A stretch of 64,000 nucleotides of DNA from an uncultured Halanaerobiaceae bacterium (lineage in GTDB: Bacteria > Bacillota > Halanaerobiia > Halanaerobiales > Halarsenatibacteraceae): NCBI GenBank assembly GCA_964436625.1, contig CAYTDP010000003.1:49-64048 (forward strand), read 5' to 3'. Made by a program: the position numbers and the translations under genes. This document shows positions 45,759 through 55,762 of the stretch, in pieces. Numbering within the stretch: position 1 is the stretch's first letter; every line of letters begins with the position of its first letter. Under the pieces are notes generated by a model, which was given only the letters and a program-made list of their open reading frames with translations, did not search any database and had not been told where the DNA came from.

Positions 45759-46634
45759 TTATTTCTGAGCTCTCTTCTTACGCCAGTCGAATTTTTTTTG
45801 AGCCAGTCTGTTGGTCTTTTGACAGAATTTATCTTTTTTGCGCCTGGTCTCATAAATCTCCCAGAAACTGCTCATAAAAATATCATCCCATTCCTCTCGA
45901 TACTCGAGCGAGTTTTTATAAAATTTATTCAAAAACTTTCCTTTAAATCGAGCTAAAGCGTGTATTTTAGCCAGTTCAGGCGCTGCGGGAAGGTTAAATA
46001 TATCATCCAGATCTACAAGCACCACCCGGGGATTATCGCGCCAATTTTCCAGAAGGAAATTAGAAGTGCCCGGGTCCTTATGTATAATATTATTGTTTAA
46101 CAGTCTGGCCCATATAAGACCAAATTGACGGAGTATGTCCTTCATATTATTCCTTGCTGCTTCTGGAATTCCTTCATTGATCAATTCAGAACAATCACGA
46201 CAGTTCTGCACCGCCCGAGAAATGAAAACACTGGTATAATCGGCAAATGAATTTCTTTTTACAGCAGAGGCTATCGGCAGAATAGCAGGTATATCCAATT
46301 TATTTAACTTAGAACTCTTTTTGAGCTGAGATAAACCTTCAGGCTCAAAAACTGATTCTTTTAATCGATATAACTTTCTATCATAATCATACCTCTTCAG
46401 GTAAATTTCCCCCAGATTATCAACTGTACATTTGTAAACTTTTATATTTTTATTGCTGGCTGAATTTATTAATTTGAGTTTTGTTTTGTCACCGCTGGAG
46501 CTTTTATCATCAAAAAGAATTCGGTTTAAAACATCAGACAAAACCTTTTTTACAAAGGTGAAATTTGGGTTGTTTTTTATAGGGGCTGAATATATAATTT
46601 CAAATTTATCTGCAAAATCTCTCTTTTTTTTCAT
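45759..46634 (-). CDS. LPS kinase, Kdo/WaaP family
   Basis: IYLKRY, IIHKDPGTSNFLL, VVLVDLDD kinase motifs; located in the LPS locus. Confidence 0.75.
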   Translation of the reverse strand: MKKKRDFADKFEIIYSAPIKNNPNFTFVKKVLSDVLNRILFDDKSSSGDKTKLKLINSASNKNIKVYKCTVDNLGEIYLKRYDYDRKLYRLKESVFEPEGLSQLKKSSKLNKLDIPAILPIASAVKRNSFADYTSVFISRAVQNCRDCSELINEGIPEAARNNMKDILRQFGLIWARLLNNNIIHKDPGTSNFLLENWRDNPRVVLVDLDDIFNLPAAPELAKIHALARFKGKFLNKFYKNSLEYREEWDDIFMSSFWEIYETRRKKDKFCQKTNRLAQKKFDWRKKRAQK

Positions 46635-46685
46635 CTAAAATATTCATTCCTTCATAAAGCCAGATATTGAGGTTATTAAATTCAA

Positions 46686-47462
46686 TCATAAAAACTCGCT
46701 CAACTGACGGGGGCTTGGATTTTTAACATCAATTTCTCTGCTAACTCTCTCGACAAACTTTTCATGCCAGACGTTAACTATCACAGGAATCCTTTCGATA
46801 TTCATTATTTTAGCAAGAGCAAGTCTGTGCCTCCCATCGAGAAAATATATTTCACCATCTCTGCCAACTGCCACTTCAATTTCATTAACAGCACTGCCTT
46901 CTCGCTCATCCTGACTGGAAATTCTATTATCTATCTCTTTTTGAGATTTATAACCATTCAACTTGATTTCTTTATATAACTCTTCGTATTTTCCCAGCTT
47001 TTCTTTTCTATAGCTTTTCCAGTTTCGAGATGAGTTTTTATCTAAGAACCTCAAGTAAAATGAAGTGTCTTTCCAATCTTTACCCTCTGAAAATCTTTTC
47101 TTTAAAGCTGTATAAATATGATTCGCTTGAAATTTATTGCCTTTTTTATCCCAGGAGCCGGGAATTACACAACCTGCTTTTCCATAATATTTGCCATCAT
47201 TATACCTTTTTATATTATGATTTTTGAAGCTGAAGTTATACTGTCTTTTAAACCTCCAGTGGTCCACCTTTAGTAGCTCATATTCGATCTTCTCTGGAGA
47301 TATTTTGATTATGGCTTCAGGCTGATTAACTTTTTCAACTTTTTTAGCAAACTCATCCGGGTTTTCTTGCTTGATAAATTTTAAATAATATCTTCTCACC
47401 TTTCCTTCTGTATAAATCATCCTTTTCACAAAATCTCTATATATTCTATCCTCAGATGACAA
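46686..47462 (-). CDS. ParB/Sulfiredoxin-like fold protein
   Basis: LYKEIKLNGY...IEVAVGRDGEIYFLDGRHRLALAKIMNIERIPVIV. Confidence 0.7.
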   Translation of the reverse strand: MSSEDRIYRDFVKRMIYTEGKVRRYYLKFIKQENPDEFAKKVEKVNQPEAIIKISPEKIEYELLKVDHWRFKRQYNFSFKNHNIKRYNDGKYYGKAGCVIPGSWDKKGNKFQANHIYTALKKRFSEGKDWKDTSFYLRFLDKNSSRNWKSYRKEKLGKYEELYKEIKLNGYKSQKEIDNRISSQDEREGSAVNEIEVAVGRDGEIYFLDGRHRLALAKIMNIERIPVIVNVWHEKFVERVSREIDVKNPSPRQLSEFL

Positions 47463-47585
47463 TTTATTAAATCTCTTAAAAATCAGGCTAAAGATCTATA
47501 ATCCCTCCTTTCCAGAATAAAAAATGGTTAAGTCAGAATATTATTCTCTAAAAATTTAAGCAGTGCTTGCTTAAAAATAGTATTT

Positions 47586-48341
47586 TCATTTTTTTGCAAA
47601 AACTGATAAAGTGCCTATTCCGGCCCTCCTTTGCCCTTTCTTTTGCCTGTATTTTATTTTCAATAGCTTCCTCATTCTTTTTTCTGAGATATTTTCTTCT
47701 TTTTCTTTAGAATGCTTAAATTCGAACTGACTGTAATCTCTATTTTTTAGTTCATCAATAAATTCGTCGGGGGCTATCGTACGATTACTATCTTTCATAT
47801 ATCTGTATGGATGCATTTCTGCTATAATTTTTTCTGGGTCAAAATTTATCTTATTTAAAATTTTCATTTCAGCACCCTGACAGTCCATAAACAAAACATT
47901 ACAATAATCTAAATCTTGAGGATTCTTTACTTCAAATGTTTCATTTTCTGTGTAAACTTCAATTCCCGGACCAACTATTTTTTGCTGTAATTGACATATT
48001 TCTTCAACACGATTGATCTTTAAAGTATTATTTATTCTATCGAACATTTCAGGACTTCCCTCAAATATTATCACCTGACCTTGAGATCCGGCTTGCCTTG
48101 CTGCAACTACACTCGAAACCCCTCTTCCTCCTCCAATTATAACCACTCTTTCTTTATTTTCTACATATTTTCTTATAAAACTAATATAGTGCCACTTATA
48201 ATCAGGTTTATTAGGGGATAATTTATCAGGCAGAAAATTAAAATTCTTTTTAGGCGCAGAACTTTCAGGAACCTTCACTTCGTTATATATTGCATATCTG
48301 CCTTCAGGCAATAATTTCCATACCAGCTCTTTAAATTTCAT
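47586..48341 (-). CDS. FkbM-like SAM-dependent methyltransferase
   Basis: VVIIGGGRG motif I, IFEGSP, LFMDCQGAE. Confidence 0.7.
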   Translation of the reverse strand: MKFKELVWKLLPEGRYAIYNEVKVPESSAPKKNFNFLPDKLSPNKPDYKWHYISFIRKYVENKERVVIIGGGRGVSSVVAARQAGSQGQVIIFEGSPEMFDRINNTLKINRVEEICQLQQKIVGPGIEVYTENETFEVKNPQDLDYCNVLFMDCQGAEMKILNKINFDPEKIIAEMHPYRYMKDSNRTIAPDEFIDELKNRDYSQFEFKHSKEKEENISEKRMRKLLKIKYRQKKGQRRAGIGTLSVFAKK

Positions 48342-48392
48342 ATAACTCCGCTCCTATTTTTGTAAACCACAAAAGTATTGGGCTAATCTGTG

Positions 48393-49193
48393 TTAAAAAC
48401 AAGATATTTTTTCCTCGAGTTCAACCGCCGGTTTAATAGCTGTTTCAGGAGTGATTTCATCTATGTCAATGTTTTTTTTAATCCAATTTATGTATTTTTT
48501 ATGCCAGGCCACCACTAATACGGGCATTATATCCAAACCAAGAACATGAGCAAGGGCGTACCTATGATGTCCTTCATGGTGAGCTTTAACAATTTTGCCT
48601 TCGCGGGTTACTACTACAGCTACATCCCTGAGCATTTTTGTGGTGGCAATTTCAGAATTCCTCTTCAAACCTTCTTTTTTTATCTTTTTATGCAATTTAT
48701 CCACGCCGGCAGTTATATTTTGCAGGCGTTCATTATCAAATTCTTTTTCCCCCTCAAGAAAATAATAAGGGGTATTTTCCCAATTCCTGTCCTGTAAAAA
48801 TCTTTGCTTAATGCCTAAAATCTTCGCATAGTGAAACTTATTGTTCTTATCTTTTTCCAGATCATAGTTTTCAGCAGAAAGATCATCAAATTTTACTGGA
48901 GTTAATTCTTCATCCCATTCTCCCCCCAGGATAAATCCCACTTTTATTCTTTTACTGGGAAATCCTCTCGGTCTTCTCTCTTTAACTATCTTCTTCAAAT
49001 ATCTATGCTTGTAGGGGGAATAATGTACTTTTTTTGTAGGAACATAAATTACCTGAAATGGATCTTTTATGACTTTACCTGAAAAATGAGAGATAATTTC
49101 AAGATATTTTTTGTCGGCCTTTTTATCCATTTTTTTTAATGATTCCGGAAAGAATTCATCATACTTCTTCTTGACTTCAGAAAGAAACCCCAA
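48393..49193 (-). CDS. ParB/Sulfiredoxin-like fold protein (paralog of 46686-47462)
   Basis: ILGGEWD, WENTPYY, KIKKEGL, VAVVVTREG...EGHHRYALAHVLGLDIMPVLV. Confidence 0.65.
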   Translation of the reverse strand: MGFLSEVKKKYDEFFPESLKKMDKKADKKYLEIISHFSGKVIKDPFQVIYVPTKKVHYSPYKHRYLKKIVKERRPRGFPSKRIKVGFILGGEWDEELTPVKFDDLSAENYDLEKDKNNKFHYAKILGIKQRFLQDRNWENTPYYFLEGEKEFDNERLQNITAGVDKLHKKIKKEGLKRNSEIATTKMLRDVAVVVTREGKIVKAHHEGHHRYALAHVLGLDIMPVLVVAWHKKYINWIKKNIDIDEITPETAIKPAVELEEKISCF

Positions 49194-49234
49194 TTAAATC
49201 GTCCCCTTTTCCAGACTTTAATCTTGCTTTGAAT

Positions 49235-50401
49235 CTAAGAAAAAATTTTTTCGAGAAATTGCATAACTTTTTCCGCTCTCTTATCCCAGAGAAAATTTTC
49301 TGCTCTAGCAAATATATTTTCTCTTATATTTTTATAGAGTGTTTTATTTTTATCGAGTTTATTTATGCAATCAGTTAATTCCTCTTCCGAATTGTAAAAT
49401 AAGCCGCAGTCTTTAGAAATAACGTCGAGAGTTGCCGGGGTCTCAGTGCTCACAATAGGTATTCCATAACTAAAATAATCAAATACCTTAACTGGAGACG
49501 TAAGATAATTGTTGAAATAATTATCCGCCAGCGGCACCACGCCAATTTTAGCCTTCTTTAAGTGCTTAGTGATTTTTTCCTGAGACACCCACCCTGTAAT
49601 TTCTACTCTATCTTCAAGATTCATTTCTCTTGAGTAATTTTCAATTTTTTTATATAACTCTCTTGTTTTGCCACCGACTATCTTCAATATTAAATTTTTA
49701 TTATCTGCGTTTTTAAAAGCTTTGATCAATTCATAAATGTTTTTTCTATCATCCAGCGAGCCTATATATAAAATTTCATCGTTGGTCCATGTATCAATAT
49801 CATAATTAATTTTTTTCAAACCGGTTCTTGCCATCATTATATTCTGCTCTGGAAATTTTTCTGAATATAAATTGCGCAATATATTCTGATGAACTAAAAT
49901 CCCGTCAATCCTGGCAAGAAAAATTTTATGATAAAAATATTTTTTTAAGCCTTTATTTCTCTCAGACCTGTTGAGATAATAATCGTGAGCTTCAAAAAAT
50001 GTTTTCGCCTGATCTTTTTTTCTTAGAAAACTTAAAAAAGGCAGAAAGCCATCAGTCCGGGTTATAATAGCAAAATTTTCTCCATCATTCTTTTTTAAAA
50101 GTTTTTTTATCTGCCGGTAGGCAGAAATATAGAATGAAGTGCTTATGTCTGGCAGTTTATCATTTTCAATTCTCAAAACGATCAAGTTTTCGGGCTTCTT
50201 GATATCAAAATAATCCCTTATAGCTTTATTAATGTTTTCACCTTCATCCTCTTCAATAAGCAGATAAACCTCAATATCACTCCTTTTTTTGGCCAGAGCA
50301 TTAAGGGAATGGATAACAAAGTTTATACCGGGACTGTGATCATTAATTTTAGACCTATATACGTAAATTACATTCAAACACATCACCTCTTCTGGACTCA
50401 A
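49235..50401 (-). CDS. Glycosyltransferase family 4
   Basis: YIGSL..RK, SPVKVFDYFSYGIPIVST. Confidence 0.88.
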   Translation of the reverse strand: MSPEEVMCLNVIYVYRSKINDHSPGINFVIHSLNALAKKRSDIEVYLLIEEDEGENINKAIRDYFDIKKPENLIVLRIENDKLPDISTSFYISAYRQIKKLLKKNDGENFAIITRTDGFLPFLSFLRKKDQAKTFFEAHDYYLNRSERNKGLKKYFYHKIFLARIDGILVHQNILRNLYSEKFPEQNIMMARTGLKKINYDIDTWTNDEILYIGSLDDRKNIYELIKAFKNADNKNLILKIVGGKTRELYKKIENYSREMNLEDRVEITGWVSQEKITKHLKKAKIGVVPLADNYFNNYLTSPVKVFDYFSYGIPIVSTETPATLDVISKDCGLFYNSEEELTDCINKLDKNKTLYKNIRENIFARAENFLWDKRAEKVMQFLEKIFS

Positions 50402-50525
50402 ACTCTGAAAATTATAACCTCATTTACCGCTTAATGCAAGAGATTTCCTCACAGCTTTCCTGGGGATTAATTCTTGATTAAAATTTGTCCCTTATTTCTT
50501 CTGCAGGTTGGGAAGCAAACTTATA

Positions 50526-51635
50526 TTATAATATCAACTTCTCAATCTCTTTTATGACTTTTGCTCTGCTATAATTATCTTCAACAAAGCTCCTCGCATT
50601 TTCTATAACATCCGACAAATCTCGATCTTTTAGCTCCAGTATTTTAGATGCAAATTCTGAAGGATTTAAAGAATCTACAAGATAACCATTTTTCCCATTC
50701 TCGATTATTTCCGCTATGTTGCTTTTGTCTGCTGCTATCACTGGCGTTCCTGCAGCCATACTCTCGATGAGTACATATCCAAAACCCTCCCAGCGGGCCG
50801 GATGAACTAAAAAATCAAATTCAGCCATCAATTGGTAAACTCTGGACTGCTCCTGATAACCCAAAAACAAAATTTTCTCCTCCAGACCCAAATCGACAGA
50901 CATCTTTTGCAGCTCATCATTTAATTCTCCATCCCCAATAATCAATATCAAAAAGTCATTAAAATCATAATTCTCGAGTTCTCTGGCTGTTTTCAACAAA
51001 ATATCCTGCCCTTTTTGTTCTGTAAGCCTCCCAACATTGCCGAGAATCAACTTATCCTCATGTTCGATATCAGGATAACTTTCCAGCAGAGAGTTAGCTT
51101 TAGAAATACTTTTATCAACATCCTGAATTTTCAGGCCATTAGGTATAACTGCTATTTTGTCAGGATTCAGCCATTCCCTGGTATTTTTTAAAATCGACTT
51201 TTTTGTGGATTTAGAGTTAGCTATAATATTAGTTGTCATTTTATTTAACAACAATTTGTTATAAAATCTATTTTTTATCGGCCTGTCCAGACCTCTTCTG
51301 TAAATAATCTTTTCTAACCCGGCCAAATTTCCAGCTGCACACCCAAATTTCAGATCTCTGGATAAATTCATAAACAAACCATCGATAGAGGCACGTGTAA
51401 GAAATCTGGCCAATTTTAAAACTTTAACAGGATTTAGCGAAGAAATTCCAGACTTTACTTTTACAGCTCGAGTAGTTATTCCAGCCCCTTTAGCTTTTTT
51501 TAAAAGTGGAGCTCCCGGCAGGCCCCCAATATAAACATCGTGTCCCCTGTTGTCAAGCTCCCGGGCGGTGTCCAGAGTCCACTTTTCTCCACCACCCCAG
51601 AATCCACAGGAATTTAAGAAAAATAATTTTCCCAA
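50526..51635 (-). CDS. Glycosyltransferase family 4
   Basis: WGGGEK, VGRL..QKG, EGFGYVLIESMAAG. Confidence 0.9.
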   Translation of the reverse strand: MGKLFFLNSCGFWGGGEKWTLDTARELDNRGHDVYIGGLPGAPLLKKAKGAGITTRAVKVKSGISSLNPVKVLKLARFLTRASIDGLFMNLSRDLKFGCAAGNLAGLEKIIYRRGLDRPIKNRFYNKLLLNKMTTNIIANSKSTKKSILKNTREWLNPDKIAVIPNGLKIQDVDKSISKANSLLESYPDIEHEDKLILGNVGRLTEQKGQDILLKTARELENYDFNDFLILIIGDGELNDELQKMSVDLGLEEKILFLGYQEQSRVYQLMAEFDFLVHPARWEGFGYVLIESMAAGTPVIAADKSNIAEIIENGKNGYLVDSLNPSEFASKILELKDRDLSDVIENARSFVEDNYSRAKVIKEIEKLIL

Positions 51636-51672
51636 ATCAAATCTCTCCTGAATTCATTCTATTTTACTGTAA

Positions 51673-52431
51673 TTATTCATGGTTGTCATTAAAATAAAAT
51701 TTTTTCTTAGCTTCCCATAGCTTGGCGTATTTTAAAAACTTATTTATGGCCGAAAGCATACAAAGTATCAAACCAGCACTTCCATCTAAAAAACCTTTCT
51801 GCAAAAAATATTTTTTAATGAACTCAATTTTTGGTCTTAATATTACCTGAATTAGATTTATATTTCTGCTGCTTTTTTCAATTTCCAGGCTGGTATAATG
51901 ATTTATTTTGCTTACATAATCATCGAGATTGCTGTAAGTAAGATGTATGAGAGGATTTTCCAGCCTGCCGCACTCCCCCTCATAAGTCAAATCTTCATGA
52001 ACTTCTCCTTCATACCTAAGCTCATCACTGTTTTTGAATAATCTTATAGTATAATCAGGGTACCAGCCGCAATGTTTTATCCAGCTGCCCAGAAAAAAAT
52101 TTTTGCGAGGAATTTTATAAACAGGAAAATCTCCATCATTGTTTAGCAAATTTTTAACTTCTTCAGCTAAAACTCCGGGAATACGTTCGTCGGCATCAAG
52201 AATCAAAATCCAATCCGACTCTATTTTCTCCAGACCATAATTGCGTTGAGATGAAAAATCATCAAATTCACGCTGATAAATTTTCCTGGTGTAATCATTA
52301 CATATTTCAAGTGTATCATCATCACTATAGGAATCAACTACCACAATTTCATCAACCCAGCTCAGGGATTCCATACATTCCTCAATCACGTTTTCTTCAT
52401 TATAAGTTAAAACCAGGGCCCCCAGTTGCAA
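51673..52431 (-). CDS. Glycosyltransferase family 2 (WaaE/KdtX/LgtF-like LPS core glucosyltransferase)
   Basis: TYNEE, VVDSYSDD, QRNYG, WILILDADE, WYPD, VHE; start moved to TTG 52431 with RBS. Confidence 0.9.
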   Translation of the reverse strand: MQLGALVLTYNEENVIEECMESLSWVDEIVVVDSYSDDDTLEICNDYTRKIYQREFDDFSSQRNYGLEKIESDWILILDADERIPGVLAEEVKNLLNNDGDFPVYKIPRKNFFLGSWIKHCGWYPDYTIRLFKNSDELRYEGEVHEDLTYEGECGRLENPLIHLTYSNLDDYVSKINHYTSLEIEKSSRNINLIQVILRPKIEFIKKYFLQKGFLDGSAGLILCMLSAINKFLKYAKLWEAKKKFYFNDNHE

Positions 52432-52468
52432 TAAAACCCATCCCCTTCCCAGAATTTCAGCTGTTGAT

Positions 52469-53347
52469 TTATTCGATGCCGAGCTTTTCAGCTTTGTCCT
52501 TTTCATTCGGTGAAAAGCGAATTAGAAATAACTCTTTTAAAATTTTAGTCGGATACAAATCCAGTTCAGCTGCCTTCCAGTTCTCTATATTTTTTAAATC
52601 CAAAAACTGTTGATGTTTTGATACCGAGAGTCTATTCATGCTTTTCCGGGTATCATAAAGTATAATTGGGATTTCTTTATAATCCATGGCTGCCAGAGCA
52701 GCCGCTCTTCTGCGCCCGCCTGAAATCAAAACTTTAAAGTCACTGTTTTTTTTCAAAATAATGCCCTGAATATAGGTAGAGTTGATGGTAGTCTCGTCCT
52801 CAGGCCGGTATCCTTTTTCCCGCAGGCTTTCGTAAAAATTCTTCAGAGAAAAATAGTCGTCTTTCCTCGGATAAAAAGATTTTTCTGCAAAATAGTAGTT
52901 GTGATAGTAATTTGAAATTGAAGTTTTTTTGGAGCTGGAGCCAGGATTGATCCAGTTTCTGGGAACACAAATAGGTGAACTTAAGGCTGGAGCATCTCCA
53001 TTTATTCCTTCAGGTATATACTTTTCAAGTTTGAGCCCTTCCCATTCGGAAACAATTTGTTCTGGCTCCGGTTCATCCACCAGTTCAGAAATTTTAATTT
53101 TAATTTTTGCAATCAAAGACTCTGAATAATTTTTGTCAAGGCCGTGTTTGAATCTAAGGGTTTGAGCAACGTAAGGATTGAATTTAGAGAGGCTAAACCC
53201 CCCCAGGCCTCCCATGCCTATCAGACAGCGTTCAACAGGAAAATAAAAAACATTTTTCTTAACCCTGGCAACACCGTTTATTTTTCTTATTATATTTTTT
53301 ATTTTTTCTCTCAATCGTAATCTCAAATCGGAGATTATTTTCACCAC
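52469..53347 (-). CDS. Divergent ParB/Sulfiredoxin-like fold protein
   Basis: FYESLREKGY...IQGIILK...VLISGGRRRAAALAAMDYKEIPII. Confidence 0.55.
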   Translation of the reverse strand: MVKIISDLRLRLREKIKNIIRKINGVARVKKNVFYFPVERCLIGMGGLGGFSLSKFNPYVAQTLRFKHGLDKNYSESLIAKIKIKISELVDEPEPEQIVSEWEGLKLEKYIPEGINGDAPALSSPICVPRNWINPGSSSKKTSISNYYHNYYFAEKSFYPRKDDYFSLKNFYESLREKGYRPEDETTINSTYIQGIILKKNSDFKVLISGGRRRAAALAAMDYKEIPIILYDTRKSMNRLSVSKHQQFLDLKNIENWKAAELDLYPTKILKELFLIRFSPNEKDKAEKLGIE

Positions 53348-53367
53348 CTGTTTTTAAGATATTGTAT

Positions 53368-54477
53368 TCAGCGGTTTAGTAAAATTTTATTTTCAATATC
53401 ATCTATCATCTTTTGGGTGGTGTATTTCTCTTCAGCTATCTCGGCCGCCTTTTCTCCCATCCTCTCTCTGTTTTCATTTTTTATCATTTTAATGACCTTT
53501 TCCGCAATGTCTTCCGGATTCCTATCTTCAGCTATATACCCTGTTTCCCCATCTTTTACGAATTCCTGAACCGTCATTGCCCTGGTTGAAACTATTGGCA
53601 CTCCGGTCATCATAGCCTCCAGTATAATCCATGGACACCCTTCATAAACAGCAGTATGAACTAAAAAATCAATTTGTTTCAATATCGAGGGAACATCTTC
53701 TCTATAACCTGTGAAAATTACCTTATCTTCGATACCAAGTTCTTTAGATTTTTCTTTGTATTTTTCCCGTTTTCCGCCCTTTCCTACAAATAAAATTTTT
53801 ATATCCTCATGAAAATCCAAAATTTTTGGAAGGGCTTCTATTAAATATTGCTGGGCTTTTTGGCGGGAAAGCCGTCCTATATTGGCTACAACCATTTCGT
53901 CAGAGGAAATATCAAATTCTTCTCTTATATTTGTTTCAATGGAAGAATCTATATATATTTCTGGATCCACCCCATTATAAATTAATTTAATTTTTTCATC
54001 TTCTACAACATCATCAGGCAGCTGACTTAGATTTGACTTCATGGTATTTTTTGAAATTGACATAAAATCAGTTACACAATTTTTCAATAACCAGCGATTA
54101 TAAAACCTGTTATTTATAGCTTTTGCTATGGCTCTGCGGTACACTATTTTTTCGACCCCTGCCAGTTTACCTGCCAGGGAACCGTATTTGTAATGAGAAG
54201 ATTGCCCGGCAAAAATAGCGTTAATATTATTATTCTTTAAATACTTTACCAGCCATAAGAGTCTTTTGGGGTTTATAAAAGTGGTGGTCTCAATTCGACT
54301 GGTAGCAGCAACCTCAAATCCGGCCTTTTCACATTCTCTTTTGAACTGAGTATCATGCCTGGCTATAACAAAAATATTATAACCTCTATCCTGTAAATGA
54401 GTAGCTGCCTTATAATGCCATTTTTCCAGCCCAGCCCAGCCGGTTCCAGTGTTCATGAAAAGCAGATTATTCACCAT
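53368..54477 (-). CDS. Glycosyltransferase family 4 (paralog of 50526-51635)
   Basis: WAGLEKW, IGRL..QK, EGCPWIILEAMMTG. Confidence 0.9.
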   Translation of the reverse strand: MVNNLLFMNTGTGWAGLEKWHYKAATHLQDRGYNIFVIARHDTQFKRECEKAGFEVAATSRIETTTFINPKRLLWLVKYLKNNNINAIFAGQSSHYKYGSLAGKLAGVEKIVYRRAIAKAINNRFYNRWLLKNCVTDFMSISKNTMKSNLSQLPDDVVEDEKIKLIYNGVDPEIYIDSSIETNIREEFDISSDEMVVANIGRLSRQKAQQYLIEALPKILDFHEDIKILFVGKGGKREKYKEKSKELGIEDKVIFTGYREDVPSILKQIDFLVHTAVYEGCPWIILEAMMTGVPIVSTRAMTVQEFVKDGETGYIAEDRNPEDIAEKVIKMIKNENRERMGEKAAEIAEEKYTTQKMIDDIENKILLNR

Positions 54478-54547
54478 ATAAAAGAAAACCCCTTTGTCCA
54501 GGTAGTAAATAGATGATAAATTGAGAAGTATTCCAGATAATCCGGCC

Positions 54548-55738
54548 TTAAATACTCATTGAATCCTTTTTAATATAAACTCCCTGAAGAGCAAACCCCA
54601 GCCCTATCAAAGCCCAATAAAAGTTGCGAGTCTGTGACTCAGTTATATTGTTTTCAAATAAGCCAGCAATTAGAAAAGCAACTAAAGCCAGCATTATACC
54701 TAAAAAGATTGCTGAATCAAACCCATCTTCACTGATTTTTCGTCGGCTGGTTTTATAAAAGTTCCTCAGCAGCAGAAAGTTAAGATAAATAAAGATAGCT
54801 CCTGCCGGTATCCCCAGCTCCGTGGCGAGGTTGAAATAACTGTTGTGAGGACTGGATCTGGTATCCTGGCCCTCCTCGTAGATGTAATCGGGATAATAAG
54901 TGCCGAAGTTTTCAAATCCGACTCCCCGCAGTGGATAATCACGCATCATATCAACAGAAGAACGCCACATATCTATTCTGACTTCATCCTGCCATTCATA
55001 AATAATGCTCATAAATTCATCCTGAACTCCCACCGGAAGGATGAGAAAAAAAATCATCAACCCAACCAGGATTAAAGGAATCATTTTGGGCTTCTTGATC
55101 AGGGTAAAACATCCCACCACTCCTAAAAAAGCCAGATATGCACCTCTGGCATGAGAAAAAGCCAGGGCTGTGACATTTAAGAGCAATGAAAGAGATACTG
55201 CAATCTTAAACAGTATTGTTTTTCCTTTGACAAATAAAAGGGGCAATAGCAGACCAACTCCCATGGCGGTTACATTACCCTTAGTAAGATTGAATCTGGC
55301 CATTCCCTGAGGTCTATTCGATCCCAAAATCAAGAATTCATAATTAGCTATAATAGCTGATACTGTCAACACGAAAAGCGTTAAACCTATTATTCTGTAT
55401 ATCGTTTTTTTGGTTTTGATTTCATTAGCTATAGCCAGAGGAAAAGCTATACTGTAAAAAGTACCTGTTCCCAGTGCTATCAAAGGTGAGCTCGGGGAGA
55501 AAAACATCAATAACATCAAAGCCAGAAAAGGCCAGTATGGCAGAGGTCTGTTGAAATCGAAATCTCTATTTTTTATCAGATCTATAAGCCAGGCCAGCAG
55601 CAAAAAACCCACTCCAAAACTGATCAAAGACCTGCCGGCATGCGATCCCAGAGCATAAACATACATTCCGAATACAGCCAGTTTTTCCGTGGACATTAAA
55701 CTGCTTCTCAAAGCTGACAGATTTGACTTTAACTGCAA
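54548..55738 (-). CDS. waaL: O-antigen ligase (WaaL/Wzy_C family)
   Basis: Multi-TM protein with ARGAYL, RIDMW...PLRGVG and PHNSY motifs. Confidence 0.85.
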   Translation of the reverse strand: MQLKSNLSALRSSLMSTEKLAVFGMYVYALGSHAGRSLISFGVGFLLLAWLIDLIKNRDFDFNRPLPYWPFLALMLLMFFSPSSPLIALGTGTFYSIAFPLAIANEIKTKKTIYRIIGLTLFVLTVSAIIANYEFLILGSNRPQGMARFNLTKGNVTAMGVGLLLPLLFVKGKTILFKIAVSLSLLLNVTALAFSHARGAYLAFLGVVGCFTLIKKPKMIPLILVGLMIFFLILPVGVQDEFMSIIYEWQDEVRIDMWRSSVDMMRDYPLRGVGFENFGTYYPDYIYEEGQDTRSSPHNSYFNLATELGIPAGAIFIYLNFLLLRNFYKTSRRKISEDGFDSAIFLGIMLALVAFLIAGLFENNITESQTRNFYWALIGLGFALQGVYIKKDSMSI

Positions 55739-55762
55739 ATTGTTTTCCTCCTCGACCCGCTA

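Noticed and set aside
46686-53347. ParB-fold genes as plasmid/prophage partition or defence genes
   Set aside because: No parA, integrase, phage or restriction-modification genes nearby, and the context is entirely glycan biosynthesis.
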